From the NCBI RefSeq assembly GCF_009914755.1, contig NC_060929.1: 64,000 bases of DNA; one strand, given 5' to 3'. This DNA is from the human T2T-CHM13v2.0 reference genome, Homo sapiens. This document shows, piece by piece, positions 27,728 to 41,237 of the stretch. The position numbers and the translations under genes were made by a program. Numbering within the stretch: the first letter of the stretch is position 1; every line of letters begins with the position of its first letter. The notes beneath the pieces are model-generated. The model was not told the origin of the DNA. It was given only the letters and a program-made list of their open reading frames with translations, and did no database searches.

Positions 27728-27902
27728 TTCTTTGGGAATAGCCTACTAGCTTTGAGAATTGAATGTGTTATGGTTCTTAGGCAATGCAGGTTTTTTTTTT
27801 TTCTCTCTCATGGAAATAGAGTTATTCAGTTTCAAGCATCAGTTAAATAGGGCATTGTTTACATATTTTCTACTGTTATAATTTTTATTTTTTCATATCA
27901 GG

Positions 27903-28215
27903 TTTTCTTTTCTTTTCTTTTCCTTTTTGAAACTGGGTCTTGTTTTGCTGCCCAGGCTGGAGTGCAGTGGCATGATCATGGCTCACTGCAGCCGTAACCC
28001 CCAGACTCAGGCAATCCTTCCACCTTAGCCTCCTGAGGACTACAGGCATGTGCCACCATGCCTGGCTAATTTTTATTATTATTATTATTGTTATTTGTAG
28101 AGATGAGGTCTCACTATGGTGTCTAGGCTGGTCTCAAACTCCTGGGCTCAAGTGATTCTCCCACCTTGGCCTCCCAAAGTGCTGGGATTACAGGCATGAG
28201 CCACTGTGCTTGGCT
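27903..28215 (-). mobile_element. AluJ
   Basis: GATCATGGCTCACTGCAGCC and CTCCTGGGCTCAAGTGAT diagnostics; TSD TCATATCAGG(T/C)TTTCTT. Confidence 0.93.
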
Positions 28216-28575
28216 CATATCAGGCTTTCTTGAGGTATGATTTACACACATTAAAATTGACCAATTTTATGTGTACAAGACAATGAGTTTTGATAAATAT
28301 ATAGAATCCCGTAACTATGACTTTTACAGCCAGGATACAAAATATTTCTGTTTCTTCAAAATATTCCCTTTGGCCCCTTTGCAGTCAATCTTTTCCTCTA
28401 ATCCTTGGCCCTTGCTAGAATTTCATATAAATGGAATTACCTAGTATTTCATCACTTTTTTGTTGTTGTTTTTGTTTTTTCACTTAGCACTTGCTTTTGA
28501 GATTCATCCATGCTGTCATCAACAGTTTATGTCTTTTATGGATGCATAGCATTCCATTGTATAGATGTACCTTAT
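28216..28575 (-). mobile_element. L1ME/MC 3' end
   Basis: TTGAGGTATGATTTACA...ATGAGTTTTGATAAAT...TTTCATATAAATGGAAT...TTTTGAGATTCATCCATG. Confidence 0.75.
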
Positions 28576-30269
28576 AGTTGGTGGTGGAAGGCAGGCCTGA
28601 GACTAGTGTTCAGGGAGCCTAGAAATACTCAAATGACCTTATGTGGTACAGAGGCTGCCATGGCTGTGGCCTTAAAAATTGGCGAAGAAGTTGGAAACAT
28701 GGATTCTAGTGGTTGAATCCTTACCCTCCAAATCCAGGTGATAGTCACACTTCAGAAAAGGGTGCTGACCAGCCCATCCACCCTATCACAGACATTTCCT
28801 GACAATCCAGACATTTCCCCGAAAATTTGCAAATCTTCTTGTCCTTTCTATCAGGACATCTCTAGAGGCACAGCCCCTCTCCTGCTGTAAATACAGTGCT
28901 CTTTGGAGAGGAAAATGTGGAGGCAGAGAGAGAACAATTTACTTGAATTGCTGAATATTTGCCCAGTGGTCTTCAAATGTTATTGCCTATGGGCAAAACC
29001 GTTGTTTTTCTTCTCCCTTCTACCTGTAGGTAGAGATACCTGAGGAAGATCAGGCCAATGACTCAGAACATCACACAAGATAAATTTTGGCATGATTTGT
29101 TTCTAATAGAATTTATTTTGGAAGGTTACCTGAAAACTCCAAATGGTCATTTCCTGCTTTTAACTGACAATCCTGACATTTAAACTTTTTTAACCTATTG
29201 GTATATTTTATCATTTTAGAAAGGTTGCATCTTGTTTTTATCATTAATTTTAGTTGGGAAACTGAGTCAAACCTCAAGTCAGATTTGACTAAAGTTTTAC
29301 TTATAGTTACTTTTCCTAAATATTCTCCAGTAGTGATTAGAATTAGCCACTGGACAACCATATCAGAACTAGGAGCTTGATACTAAAACAAGAAGGATGA
29401 AAATAATCAAAGAGGATTTGCAAATGATTAAGGTACTGAATTTCAGGTGTGCCTCTGGAAAATTAATTCCCTCTTTTTGCAAGCTGTTGCATCTCATTTT
29501 ACCAGGTACCTTGCAAAGTATTCTTGATGAGATGCGTGCTTCGTGGGAATCACTCTTTCCCCTGTGTTTGGGTATGCTTACTTGCAGGCTCTCAAGAGAT
29601 TCACTTAAGATTTTCAACATTTCTGCATTAGATATTTTTAAAGAGAAAAATAAAATCCAGGGAATATAGCTTTTGAAGTGGAAAATCTGAAACAAAAACA
29701 ATTTGATAACTGTCACAGACAAAGCTGCTAGAGCTCTAAAGTATAATGCAAGGTTTTTATAAACTCCAAGTTGTAGGTTACTCTTTGGCATATAATAAAT
29801 GAGTTCTGAGCCTAGAAGTGGTTTAATCTGAAAACTTCATTTGAGGAAAAAGCAGAGAATTGGAAGGTATTGAATAGCGTGCGTGCACACACACACATAT
29901 TTTTCATTGTATATCCACACATGCATATATAGCTCATTTATCACTTGTTCAACAAATATTCACCGAATTCCTACAACGTGCCAAGCCTAGTGTCTGCCCT
30001 TTATTGCCTGCCCCACGGTTTAGTGGGGGAAAACTTAAGTAATTAAAACAAGTATTATGATTAGGCTAGTGGCTGGTAGCACAGAAGCATGTATCAGGAG
30101 GAAATAGTTTCATTTTGGGGCCAAAGACCCCTCTGAAGAAATGATGTTTCACTATATTATTATTGCACAATGTCTTCATCTTATTTAACTTCCAGCACCT
30201 TGCAGAGCTATGCAGAGAGCAGTTCAGGGTGCTGTTTTTTGTTCTTGTGGCATAGAAGTTGCCCATCCT

Positions 30270-30638
<369 letters not shown>

Positions 30639-31039
30639 TTATTTGAAATTCCATGGGGAAAAGATCTGAGAACTAGAAGATTTTACCGGGAGTGAGGAGG
30701 GATCATAATATTGAAGCCATATACGGAACATTCACTTTCTGCCAGCCATCTTGTTTTGTGCTTTACAGAAGAGTCCCATCCTATTACATTTTATGTACTA
30801 GCTGCTCTCCCCCATCCTCTCTTAGGAGAAGGAGATAGAGAGAAAGAAGAATGTAAGCAGCGTGGGTGATGCTGCTAGCTGTTCTTCTCAGTGAACCTTG
30901 GTCCCAGAGAGATATATCTCAGGAGACTTGACACATGTCTCGTGGCACTTTCACAGTTTGAGCATCTTGCTGAGAACAACTGTGTATGATTTCTAGGATG
31001 CAAATGGTGTTTTCACCCTATGTAAGCCTTCACTTTATT

Positions 31040-31479
31040 TTTTATTTTTGAGACAATATTTATAGTTACTTTTTCTAAATATTTTCCTAAATATTTAATA
31101 TTTATAGATACTTTTCCTAAATATTATCCTGTAGTAATTATAATTAGCCACTGGATAGCCATATCAGAATTAGGATTTCGGTACTAAAAAAGGAAGATGA
31201 AAATAATCAAAGGGTTACCTAGGCTAGAGTGCAGTGGCATGATCATAGCTCACTGCAGCCTTGAACTAAGGCTCAAGAAATCCTCCTGCCTCAGCCTCCT
31301 AAGTAGCTCAGACTACAGACATGCACCGCTACACCTGGCTAGTTTTTTATTTTATTTTATTTTTTTGTAGAGACAGAATCTCACTATGTTGTCTAGCTTG
31401 CTCTTGAACTGTTGGCCTCAAGTGATCCTCCCACCTCAGCTCCCAAATTGCTAGGTGAGGTAAGCCACTGTGCCCAGCC
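31040..31479 (-). mobile_element. AluJ interrupted by a templated insertion (31056-31213)
   Basis: TTTTTGAGACA|insert|GTTACCTAGGCTAGAGTGCAGTGG; TSD AGC(C/T)TTCACTTTATT. Confidence 0.9.
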
Positions 31480-32659
31480 AGCTTTCACTTTATTAACTAA
31501 CTTTTGAATGCAGCCTTGCTGTTCATCCTTCATGTACTTGCCTTATCTCAGTTAACGTCCAGCAGTTCTATGAGAATAAGACATGTGTGATTTCCATCTT
31601 AAGGGACAGTGGAATGAAACAGAGGTTAAATAACTTGTCCACATACCTTTAAATGACATAGTGAAGATTTACATGCCATGAAGATTTATGTGCCATGTGC
31701 TCTATGTGACACTATCTTTCTGGTTTCAGCCATTTATTAAGGAGCCCTGAAGGTTTTGTTTGGAACCCTGACAAAGACTGCTTTAAACACTGTTGGAGAG
31801 AGAAAATCCAGAGGGAAGATGTCCATTGATACCATTTTAGGAAATGTTATCAGAGAAGCAGTGCATTCTATCTCTGTTTCAAGAGAAGCTTTGAAAGAAA
31901 CAGAAAGATAGATATCCATGTATCTTGGAGTGGATGCTTGGGATACTGTGGCTTCACTGAAGGCAGGGCAGCTGAAGCCAGAAGCCAGATAAATTATAAC
32001 AATCCTGAGCCTGAGTCACTCTCCCAGGGCATGGACGCTCCATCCAGATGCAGAGCTGTTGAATAATGGCCGCCCCTGCAGCCTGGCTTCCCACCTGGCT
32101 GCAGTTTGAGGCAGCAGGTTCTCATTATGCTTTATTCTTTTTTCAAGAATGTGTTCTTGAAATTGAATTAGATTTGCTTCCTTCATAGCATGTGTTGACT
32201 TTTAAATGACTTCCTGGTGGGTTTTCCTCAAGATCTTCAACCACGATGCAGAGGTTCTCAGGGTAAAATGAAGTATCCAACCCAATGAGAAAACAATGTA
32301 TTATTTCCTTACCTTCAGGTTTAACTGGAAGATGCTGCATTTTGAGCAGTCATGATCTTTATTTCCCCAAATGCTTTTGCTTTCCCTGCTGGGATGGCCT
32401 AAGTCAATTACCGTCCTCTGCCTGAAGTATTATTAGTCTTCATTCCCAGAACAAAGAAAATTCATACCATCATCCAGGAAAATTGCCAATCTTCTTGAAA
32501 CGGTTGCATTTTCCATGGGTACTGAAATGTACTCTCCATGGGAGATTTGGAGATGAAGGTCAGGATTCCCTATAGATGTATCCCAGGGATGTTGCTCAGA
32601 AAGATATCTCTTTCCTTTAAGTACTTGAGAAGGAATCTGAATTGGTAATGTTTCTATTG

Positions 32660-33340
32660 TTTTTCATTTGTTTATTCATTCATTAATACATTCAACAGAT
32701 ATATATTGACCATCTGCTGTGTGCCACGCACATAATAGAAAAAACAGACAAGGACCCTACTGTCATGGAAACTGCATTTCAGTAGGGGGGACAGACAAAT
32801 AAACAATCAAATAGGAAGTACATTAGATAGTGGTAACTGCTAAGGAGAGGAGGAATGGGAGTGGGAGGCTGGTTGTTTGTGTGTGTAGGGCCATGTGGGC
32901 TGCCCAAGGGATAATGACAATTTAGATGGGTTTCCTGGGAAAGACTTTCTCCTAATAGTTGAAAGAACTGAGGGATTTCTGGGGGAAGGTTTTCCAGCAA
33001 TGAAAATAAGTACAAAAGGTCTGGTGTGTCAGGAGAATAGCATGGAAAATCAGGTGGCCAAAGCAAAGTGACCAGACCAGGAGGGAGCGCAGTAGGCGGT
33101 TAGTTCAGAGAGGTGATGGAGTGATGTATGATGGTTAAGTAAGGATATTGGCTGTACTCAGAGCTAGCCACAAAGATAGGGGAATTTTGAGCAGAGAAGA
33201 GGCATAATTTCATTGTGTTTATCAGGAAGGCTGTGGCTACTGAACTGAAAATGAGCCAAAGGGTGACATCGGTGGAGGCGGGGAGGTTGTTTAGGATATA
33301 GGTGAAATAATCCAGGCAAGAGATGGTATTGGCCTGGATT
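32660..33340 (-). mobile_element. L2 3' region
   Basis: TTCATTCATT...CATTCAACAGATATATATTGA...CTGTGTGCCA; TTTTGAGCAGAG; AATCCAGGCAAGAGATG. Confidence 0.75.
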
Positions 33341-33844
33341 AATTAAATTAAAAAAAAAGGAGGGCTAGGTTATTGAAATGATTTAAAGTTGTTTTAATGT
33401 TAACTGAAAATGATTCTATATTTGAGATTTACTGTTGCAATCTTGACAGCTGAAGTTTTCACAAATAGAATTTGTATACAGATTTTACTACATGAAGTAT
33501 TAATTAAGCACCTACTAAATACCCAGCTAAATGGTGGTATTCCAGAAAGACTGTGGAACAAGTCACTGTAATCTCACTGGATAAACTACAAAAACAACAT
33601 TTGCATGTGTGCGTACACATTCTAGTTTAGAAAATATATGAGCTGATCAGATATTTTCGGTACAGATTATGCTTAAATGCTTATCTTAGGAAAAATAGGA
33701 ACCCATCTTTTAGTACAGATTATGCTTAAATGCTTGTAAGAAACTAATATTTATTGAACACCCACTAGCTACCAGGATCTATGCTGGGCATTTTACATAA
33801 GGAAGCACATTTAACCTTCAAAACAACTCTGTAACAACAATTAT

Positions 33845-33932
33845 CGAAATTCTTGGTTTCAGGAACCCTTTAGACTTTTAAAACCTATTGAGGACCCCAA
33901 AGAACTTTTATTTATGTGGGTTATACATAGCC

Positions 33933-33983
<51 letters not shown>

Positions 33984-35366
33984 TTTACTGTTTTAAGAAT
34001 TAAAACTAAAACATTTAAAAATTGATGGATTCATTTAAAATAACAATAATTAACCCATAACCCATAACATAAAATATATGTTAACAAAGTATATTTTATA
34101 AAAATACTATAATTTATACATTTTTTAAATGTGGAAAGAGCAGCATTGTTTTAATATTTTTTACAAATCTCTAACATCTGACTTAGAAAATATCTAGATT
34201 CTTGTATCTACTTCAACTTTCAATTTATTGTGATATGTTGTTTTGGTTGAAGTATATGAAGAAAATCTGGTCTCATATAGGTATGTAGTGGAAAGGGAAT
34301 GGGCATTTTAATATCCTTTGCAGATAATTGTGAATGTTGTCTTTTGATATTAAGTTAAAACCAAAAATGTAGAAGTTTCTGAAAAGTTAGTTGCATTGTG
34401 GAATCTGAGATATATTCATTTTTTACTCTATTAACTTGAAATCCATTGATTGTCTTGCATGTTGCCTATGCTTAAGGTTGTAACATTACACATTGGTCAT
34501 TTGGAAAATGCTGGCTCACTGAATTATGTAGCTCTCCAAATGCTGACACATTTCATTATATAATATATGTTTTAAAAGTCACATGTGTTACTATCAACAC
34601 TAATCTCATCAGAAAAGCCTTTACATATTAGGAAGCTGTCAAGTTGCTCACATTGGCAGATGTAAGTTTTTCAAAATTCCAATTTTCACTTAATATATCA
34701 AATTTTATCCTTGGCAACAAATGCTGTCAGTTGCTATCATTGAAATGACAGTTTCTCTTCTTTCATTTTCAAGAAAATGTTTACCAAATACCCAGGTCCC
34801 AATAATCATAGTTTATCTCAGTCATTATTTCAGGTAAAATTGGTACCTTTTGAAAAAGGTCAATAGTTCAGCTCACAACTCAAACAGTTGCACAAACAGT
34901 TTTTCTTGAGGCGGCTGTTATACTTCAGTGAGCAGCAGAAGTACTTTATGTATACCACCCATTTTATCACAGAGAGTATTAAAAAGATTAGCACTGAAGG
35001 GTCAGGATTTAATATGATTAATCATTTTTACTCCTTCATTCAGCACAAATGAATATTCCCCCTCCCTCCATCTCTTTTCTCTACCTCTCTCTCTTTCTCT
35101 CTCACTACAAGCACTAAGTGGTGAAGAATACAATGATCCCTAGTATAGTTGGGTGCCACTGCCTGGATTCAGGCTGAGGTGTCAGCAGTTTTATCCGCCA
35201 TTGTTTTTGCACCATCAATGCAAATGCCAAGACAGTGACAAAGCCAAACAATACCTTAGTGTTATTATAAAAATGGTTTTGTTGTTCCAGACTCCCTGAT
35301 AAAATCTGAAGATATTCCTCCCCATTCCTGCTCCATAGACCTGTAGACCACACTTTGAGAACTGCT
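33845..35366 (-). mobile_element. Charlie1a-like hAT DNA transposon
   Basis: End GACCACACTTTGAGAACTGCTG; GTGGTGAAGAATACAATGA...GGTGCCACTGCC; other end TCAGGAACCCTTTAGACTTTTAAAA...TTGAGGACCCCAAAGA. Confidence 0.85.
33933..33983. repeat. (ATAG)12 tetranucleotide STR
   Basis: Perfect ATAG run inside the Charlie element. Confidence 0.97.
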
Positions 35367-35379
35367 GCTGTATGTAATA

Positions 35380-35660
35380 TGTGTTTTACAAATGAAGAAA
35401 CTGAATCTTAGCAATTATCATTATTCCTATTACTATGGCTCTGTAATGACTACAGCTACAACTGCTGCTGCTGCTAGTACTACGAAGGGGCACCTTCTGC
35501 CTCTTAAATCATTGCTCTTTCTCCTACACTGGTTCTTCTTCATTCCATCCTAACAGCAGGGATCTTCCACTGAATCTAAGCAACTTGTGTAAGGTCACAT
35601 GGCTTGTCAGGAAAAAGACAGGACTCTAACTCAGGCCTGTCTGACCCAAAGTTTGTCTGG
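35380..35660 (-). mobile_element. MIR interrupted by a 162-bp insertion
   Basis: TTTTACAAATGAAGAAACTGA|insert|AAGCAACTTGTGTAAGGTCACATGGCT...GTCTGACCCAAAG. Confidence 0.8.
35408..35569 (-). repeat. Inverted copy of 36434-36595
   Basis: 7 mismatches in 162 bp, counted by eye. Confidence 0.96.
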
Positions 35661-36433
35661 AAACTTGGTCTCCCCTCCTCCCCTCCCTTTCCTTACACAC
35701 ACGCATGCGTACACAATGGTAGACTTTATGGAGAACTTTGGAGAAAGTGTAAACTTGATTATTCAAAAGGACATAAGGATCTGGGTGAGAAGAATAAAAT
35801 AAGCTCAACTGTGAGGACTTAAATGAACATGATTTATGGGGCAAATAAATAAAGAAAAGACTCAGAATGAAGTGGAGTCTCCATTTGGCCGTTTCTAGAG
35901 AAAATGATGGAGAGGAAAGGTGGGTGAGTTGATGTCAAAGTGAAGAGTCTGGCCTTGATTCAAAAGCAAATAGTTTTAGGCTTTTAAACAGATCACAAGA
36001 TGATGAAATTTACATTAAACTGACATTGGTAGTGAATGCATCACCAAAGTAAAGAGAACAGGGCCCGAGAAAATCTTGATCATTCAGCAAGCAGTAATGG
36101 CTTAAGCCAGAGTGAAAGGAGAGAAGAATCAGAAAAATACGGCAAAGATAAAGCACTGAAAGTGTGGTAATTGGTGATGGGGAAATGCAAAAGAAAATGA
36201 TACTGAAGGACTCCCAGCTTTCATGTGTGAGGCTCCAAGGGAGATATGGTATCTCACAGAGACTGATGATATCTGGAGGAGACTATGCTGTTGACAATGG
36301 TGAACTGGTGGTGATGTCAACCTAGCCAAATGAAATGGAGGTGTTCTAAAAACAATTCACATGTGGCATTGAACGGCAGTTATAGTAGATGCAAAGATGC
36401 ATTCCCTGAGAGTGGGTGGCTGAGGGCTTATCA

Positions 36434-36595
36434 TGGAAGATCCCTGCTGTTAGGATGGAATGAAGAAGAACCAGTGTAGGAGAAAGAGGAATGATTTAAG
36501 AGCCAGAAGATGCCCCTTCATAATACTAGCAGCAGCAGCAGTTGTAGCTGTAGTCATTACAGAGCCATAGTAATAAGAATAATGATAATGGCTAA
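36434..36595 (+). repeat. Donor arm of the 162-bp inverted repeat
   Basis: TGGAAGATCCCTGCTG...GCAGCAGCAGCAGTTGTAGC...GATAATGGCTAA. Confidence 0.96.
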
Positions 36596-36902
36596 CACTT
36601 AGTGAGATGTTATTCTCTAGGCTTGACATACAATAGATTTTGAATTCTCAGAACAATTTTATGAGTGAGAACAGGTTTCTGTTTTTGAGATGAAGAAAAG
36701 ATGACTTAGAAACATTAAGTAATTGGTCTAAGGTCATACAGTTAGGAAGTGGCTGAGTCAGTCCTGGATCCCCAGTCTCTCTGACTCCAGCACCACTCCT
36801 CCATCTTAATGCAGCCTTAGGGAAACCAAGGAGTGGAAAATGTTCAAAAAGGGCTGTGTAAAATTCACAAGTTAAGTTGCAGAGTATGAGAACTGAAGAT
36901 GA

Positions 36903-37200
<298 letters not shown>

Positions 37201-37353
37201 TTTTTTTCTTTTTTTTTTTTTTTTTTTTTTAGATGAGATCTCACTATGTTGACCAGGGTGCCAGACTGGTCTAGAACTCCTGGCCTCAAGCAATCCTCTT
37301 GCCTCAGACTCTGAAACTGTGAGGCTTACAGGTTTGAACCACTGTGCCTGACT
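37201..37353 (-). mobile_element. Alu left monomer / FLAM
   Basis: poly(T), AGATGAGATCTCACTATGTTG...CTCCTGGCCTCAAGCAATCC...ACTGTGCCTGACT. Confidence 0.85.
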
Positions 37354-38566
37354 AGGAAGACCATTTTAGTAGGGCCAAATAAACTGGTGCCTCATGTGAG
37401 GTCTCAGTAAGTAGATGATAGAAGCAGTTGGCAAGAAATGATGACCGTGCCTAAGGAAATGAAGGGATCTAGCAAAACCAGTCTGTATATGGGAGAGATT
37501 TGTGAGTAAAAGAAAAAAACAAAAATGGCTTAAAGTAGATATGGGTTAATAACTGGAGTGATTTAAATTTTAGTTGAAAAGAGGCTTAAGTTAGCTGAAA
37601 TGGATAAGAATGATGTCAGGTGACAAAAAATGAATTTTCATGTTGGTTTGATGAGTGGTGAATATGGGAGAAGCAGGTCAGGGAAAATAGGATTCAGAGT
37701 GCAGATAGAGGAAGCAACTTCAGCTTTAAGTAGTGGCCCTTCCCTGAAATAGCAAGAAATGTGAACAGTAATTATTATAGAGACTATTATTTAGAATTTG
37801 CTAAAATCAATAGAAAAGTGGCTGGGAATTCTAGGCTAGTGGTCTCAGTGAATTAAAGAAAGATTAGGATTATCTCTTGTCATGAGGCTAAAAACTCAGC
37901 TTGAAAATCTCAGGGTTGGAGGAGGCTTCAGATGTCAATAATTAGGTTATGTGACTATATTATGATGGATTATTCCATCATATACTTTCAAGGGATCAGC
38001 CATTTAATAGACATGAATTTCATCTCCCTTTCTTGTCTTTTCTTTATTTACTAGAAGCAACCCTACTTGAAGGCAGGAGCCCTGCTTGTTGTTTCTGGGC
38101 ACTATTCGGTGCCCACAACCTAGCCAATTGCCTGATATTTAGCAAAGGTTCAAAGATATTGTTGTATGAATTAATGAATATACTTCAACTCAGTCATTTG
38201 ATGTTAACTTTCTTTTTATGCTAACTCTACTCTCTCCTCACAATTGTATAAATGATTTTTTTTCTTTGCAACTTGTAAAATGATTTTCATCTTTTTCAGT
38301 CATTATAATGACCCTGTGAGTTAGGAACATTGTTATTATACCCATTTTATAGATGTGGATACTGACTCCCTCACCCAAGGTTATAGCACAGTGTAGTTGT
38401 TTAGAGCCTGGGCGTTGCCATCAGATAAACCATTCTGAACCCCAGGTCTGTCACGTACATGGCACATTATTAAGCTGTCTTCCTTTGGCAGATTTTTTTT
38501 TTTTTTTAAATTTCACCTAGCCTCGGTGTTCTCATCTGTACAAAAGAGATATGAAACTGTCCTGCG

Positions 38567-38878
38567 GGCCGGGCATGGTGGCTCATGCCTGTAATCCCAG
38601 AACTTTGAGAGGCCAAGGTGGGCGGATCACGAGGTCAAGAGATCGAGACCAGCCTGACCAACATGGTGAAACCCTGTCTCTACTAAAAATACAAAAATTA
38701 GCTGGATGTGGCGGTGCATGCCTGTAGTCCCAGTGACTCAGGAGGCTGAGGCAGGAGAATCGCTTGAACCCGGGAGGCAGAGGTTCAAGCTGAGATCAAG
38801 ATCGCACTACTGCACTCCTGGGCAAGGCAGAGCGAGACTCCGTCTCAACAACAACAACAACAACAACAACAACAAAAA
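38567..38878 (+). mobile_element. AluSc-like with (CAA)n tail, inside a MIR
   Basis: GGATCACGAGGTCAAGAGATCGAGACC; tail converted to about 10 CAA units; degenerate TSD GAAACTGTCCTGC/GGAACCGTCTTGC. Confidence 0.93.
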
Positions 38879-38969
38879 GGGAACCGTCTTGCATGATGAG
38901 TGAAAAGATTAAGTAACATAGTGGCTATAAACTACATAACACAAAGCTGAGCATGAAATATGAACTCAG

Positions 38970-39185
38970 GCAGTGTGATATACTGGTGAGAGCACAGACT
39001 CTGGAGCCAGAGGGCCTGGATTTGAACCCCTAATTGCTGCAGTGTGATCTTGGACAAGTCACTAATTTTTCTGTGTCTCAATTTCCTCAACTGTAAAATA
39101 TGAGTAATAATGAAGATTAAATGAGTTAATACTTGTAAAATGCTTAGAACATGCCTGGTACATATTAAGTACTATGTGTGTTTGT
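38970..39185 (+). mobile_element. MIR SINE
   Basis: GAGCACAGACTCTGGAGCCAGA...TGTGATCTTGGACAAGTCAC...CTGTAAAAT...CTTAGAACATGCCTGG. Confidence 0.88.
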
Positions 39186-41196
39186 TCATAGGTGATATCT
39201 ATTGAAGCTGGGAGGGTCACAGTATCAGTGAGTGGTCCCCCAATTTCTTCTTGAGCATCGATGAATTAGCAGGTAACTCTCCAAATTTTACTTACATTAT
39301 TTACTGTTGCCTTATCTTTTATCATATGCTTTTAAGGGATCTGCTAGTTAATAAACATGGCTTGCGTTTCCTTTTATTTCTTTTTTTTCTTTGTTTGCCA
39401 GAAGGAGCCTCAAAGTGTCTAGTGATTGGCAGAAAAATAGAAGAATCAAAGATTTTAATATTCTGATGATTGTATTCTCTGCCTCATTCTTAAAAATGAA
39501 CTATTTTTCCTGAATACCAACTCTTTAGACTCCTCTTCTACCTGCCCCCACAATTCTCAATATTTAGAAACCTGCTCCCATGTCAAAAACCAAAACCAAA
39601 AGTGATTTCTGTGTAGACATGTGAAAACATCCTACTGAAATGCTCTCAGGTTAACGTCTTTTTGCAGGTGACCCTTGCTCCGTCTCTGTGGGTTTGACTT
39701 ACGGGTCACAACACGCGATCGTTATTTCAGCTTATCACTCTCAACAGAATGAATAGAGTCCATTTTCACAATTGTTACTTTCAAAGCAAATTACTCAAGA
39801 TGAAAATCTTTGCAGGGTCGGAAAGTACATAAATATTCTTAGCAGGGAATAAAGGTGGGGGTGATGAGTGTATCATATGATTGATTTCGGTTTTTTTTTG
39901 CAACTTTTCTGTAGAGAGACTTGGATTGCAAGAGGAAGGTTTGGAGTCAGAGAGAGGACCCAACAGAGGCATTTGTTGTGAAAATCTCACTATATAGTAT
40001 TAGAGGCTGTTCATGCTAATCAAGGTGATATAACCTCCTTGATATTTGGGGCCTCAGTTTACAGAATAATAACATTTTTGGATCAAAAGGATTTTAATGT
40101 AATGGGTCATCCTGTGTTGAAGAGACGGTACATTGTTAAAGACCACTACCAAAACTGCAGGTTTCCACAGGCACTCCCAGAATGTGGCCCAATAAATTGA
40201 GGGTCTGCAAATCTTCAAGATTTGCGACCTCTCTGCCGAAGTCCTTATTTAATTCAGAGAAACTTTATTAGAGATTTGTGACATACCAGACCTTATGCCA
40301 GGTAGTAAGATGAATGGAAAGATGGTAAGAAAAGCCTGGATAGGGATTTCTGTCTGCCTAGGGAGCCAGGTAAGTGAACACTTGTCATTGTTCACTGGAC
40401 TGTAGGCCAGTGCTAGGGAGCAAAATGTCCTGGGACTGCAACAGGGAAGGTAAAAAGAGGAGGAATTGCTACTTTTTGAGCATCAGTGGTGTAGCAGGCA
40501 CTGTGTTATGGAGGGGAGACTGAAAGGAGGACAGAAATGTGAGGGAATTGAGCATTGGGTAGGTAAATAAGTTATGATGGAAAATTCCCATCTGGAAGTG
40601 AACACGTTTAAGGAATGGCTGGTGACAGGAGGTTTGCCAGTGAAGGCTGGAGGTGAAGCTGACAAGAGTTAGGTCATTATTCTGCCAACAGGTGGCAACC
40701 ATCCAAGGCTTAAACACAGAAGAAATACATCGTTAGATTTGTGACATAAAAAGATAGAGAAGCATGGAGGATGAGTTGGAGAGGAGAAGCTCAAGAGGTA
40801 GAAAGTCCAGTTAGAATGGGACTGTTTGCCAAGGCAAGAAATAATGTGAGCCAGGCAGTTGTGTTCAAGGGCAGCAAACATTTGATTGAAGCAACAGGAC
40901 TTGTTAATGGATTCATGGCAGCTACTGAGAAAGGTGGAGGGCTGTCTGCCTTTCCCAGCACCAACAGCTTTGTGCACCTGATGGTGCAGTTTCTTAAGAG
41001 AGAAGAAGAGGAAATTAATGAGTTACCCTTTCCTAGGTGAGTAATGCCTGCGACAGCTTTAGTTTCCATCCATACAAAGAGAATAAGAATATCTACAGTC
41101 AGAGAGGTTGTGAGGATTAAATAAAATAATATGTGAAATCAATGTGAAACAATGCTCAGGACACAATGCCTTGCAATTCAAGTGTTGTCTTCTCTT

Positions 41197-41200
<4 letters not shown>

Positions 41201-41234
<34 letters not shown>
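41201..41234. repeat. (AC)17 microsatellite
   Basis: Perfect AC run. Confidence 0.97.

Positions 41235-41237
<3 letters not shown>

Noticed and set aside
29369-29791. 140-aa minus-strand ORF
   Set aside because: No recognisable domain or exon context; composition typical of AT-rich non-coding DNA
33660-33735. Repeat-spacer-repeat as a mini-CRISPR
   Set aside because: Only two copies in a eukaryotic context; a local duplication explains it
39668-39709. GTGACCC...GGGTCAC hairpin as a pre-miRNA
   Set aside because: Only a 7-bp stem, too short for Drosha processing
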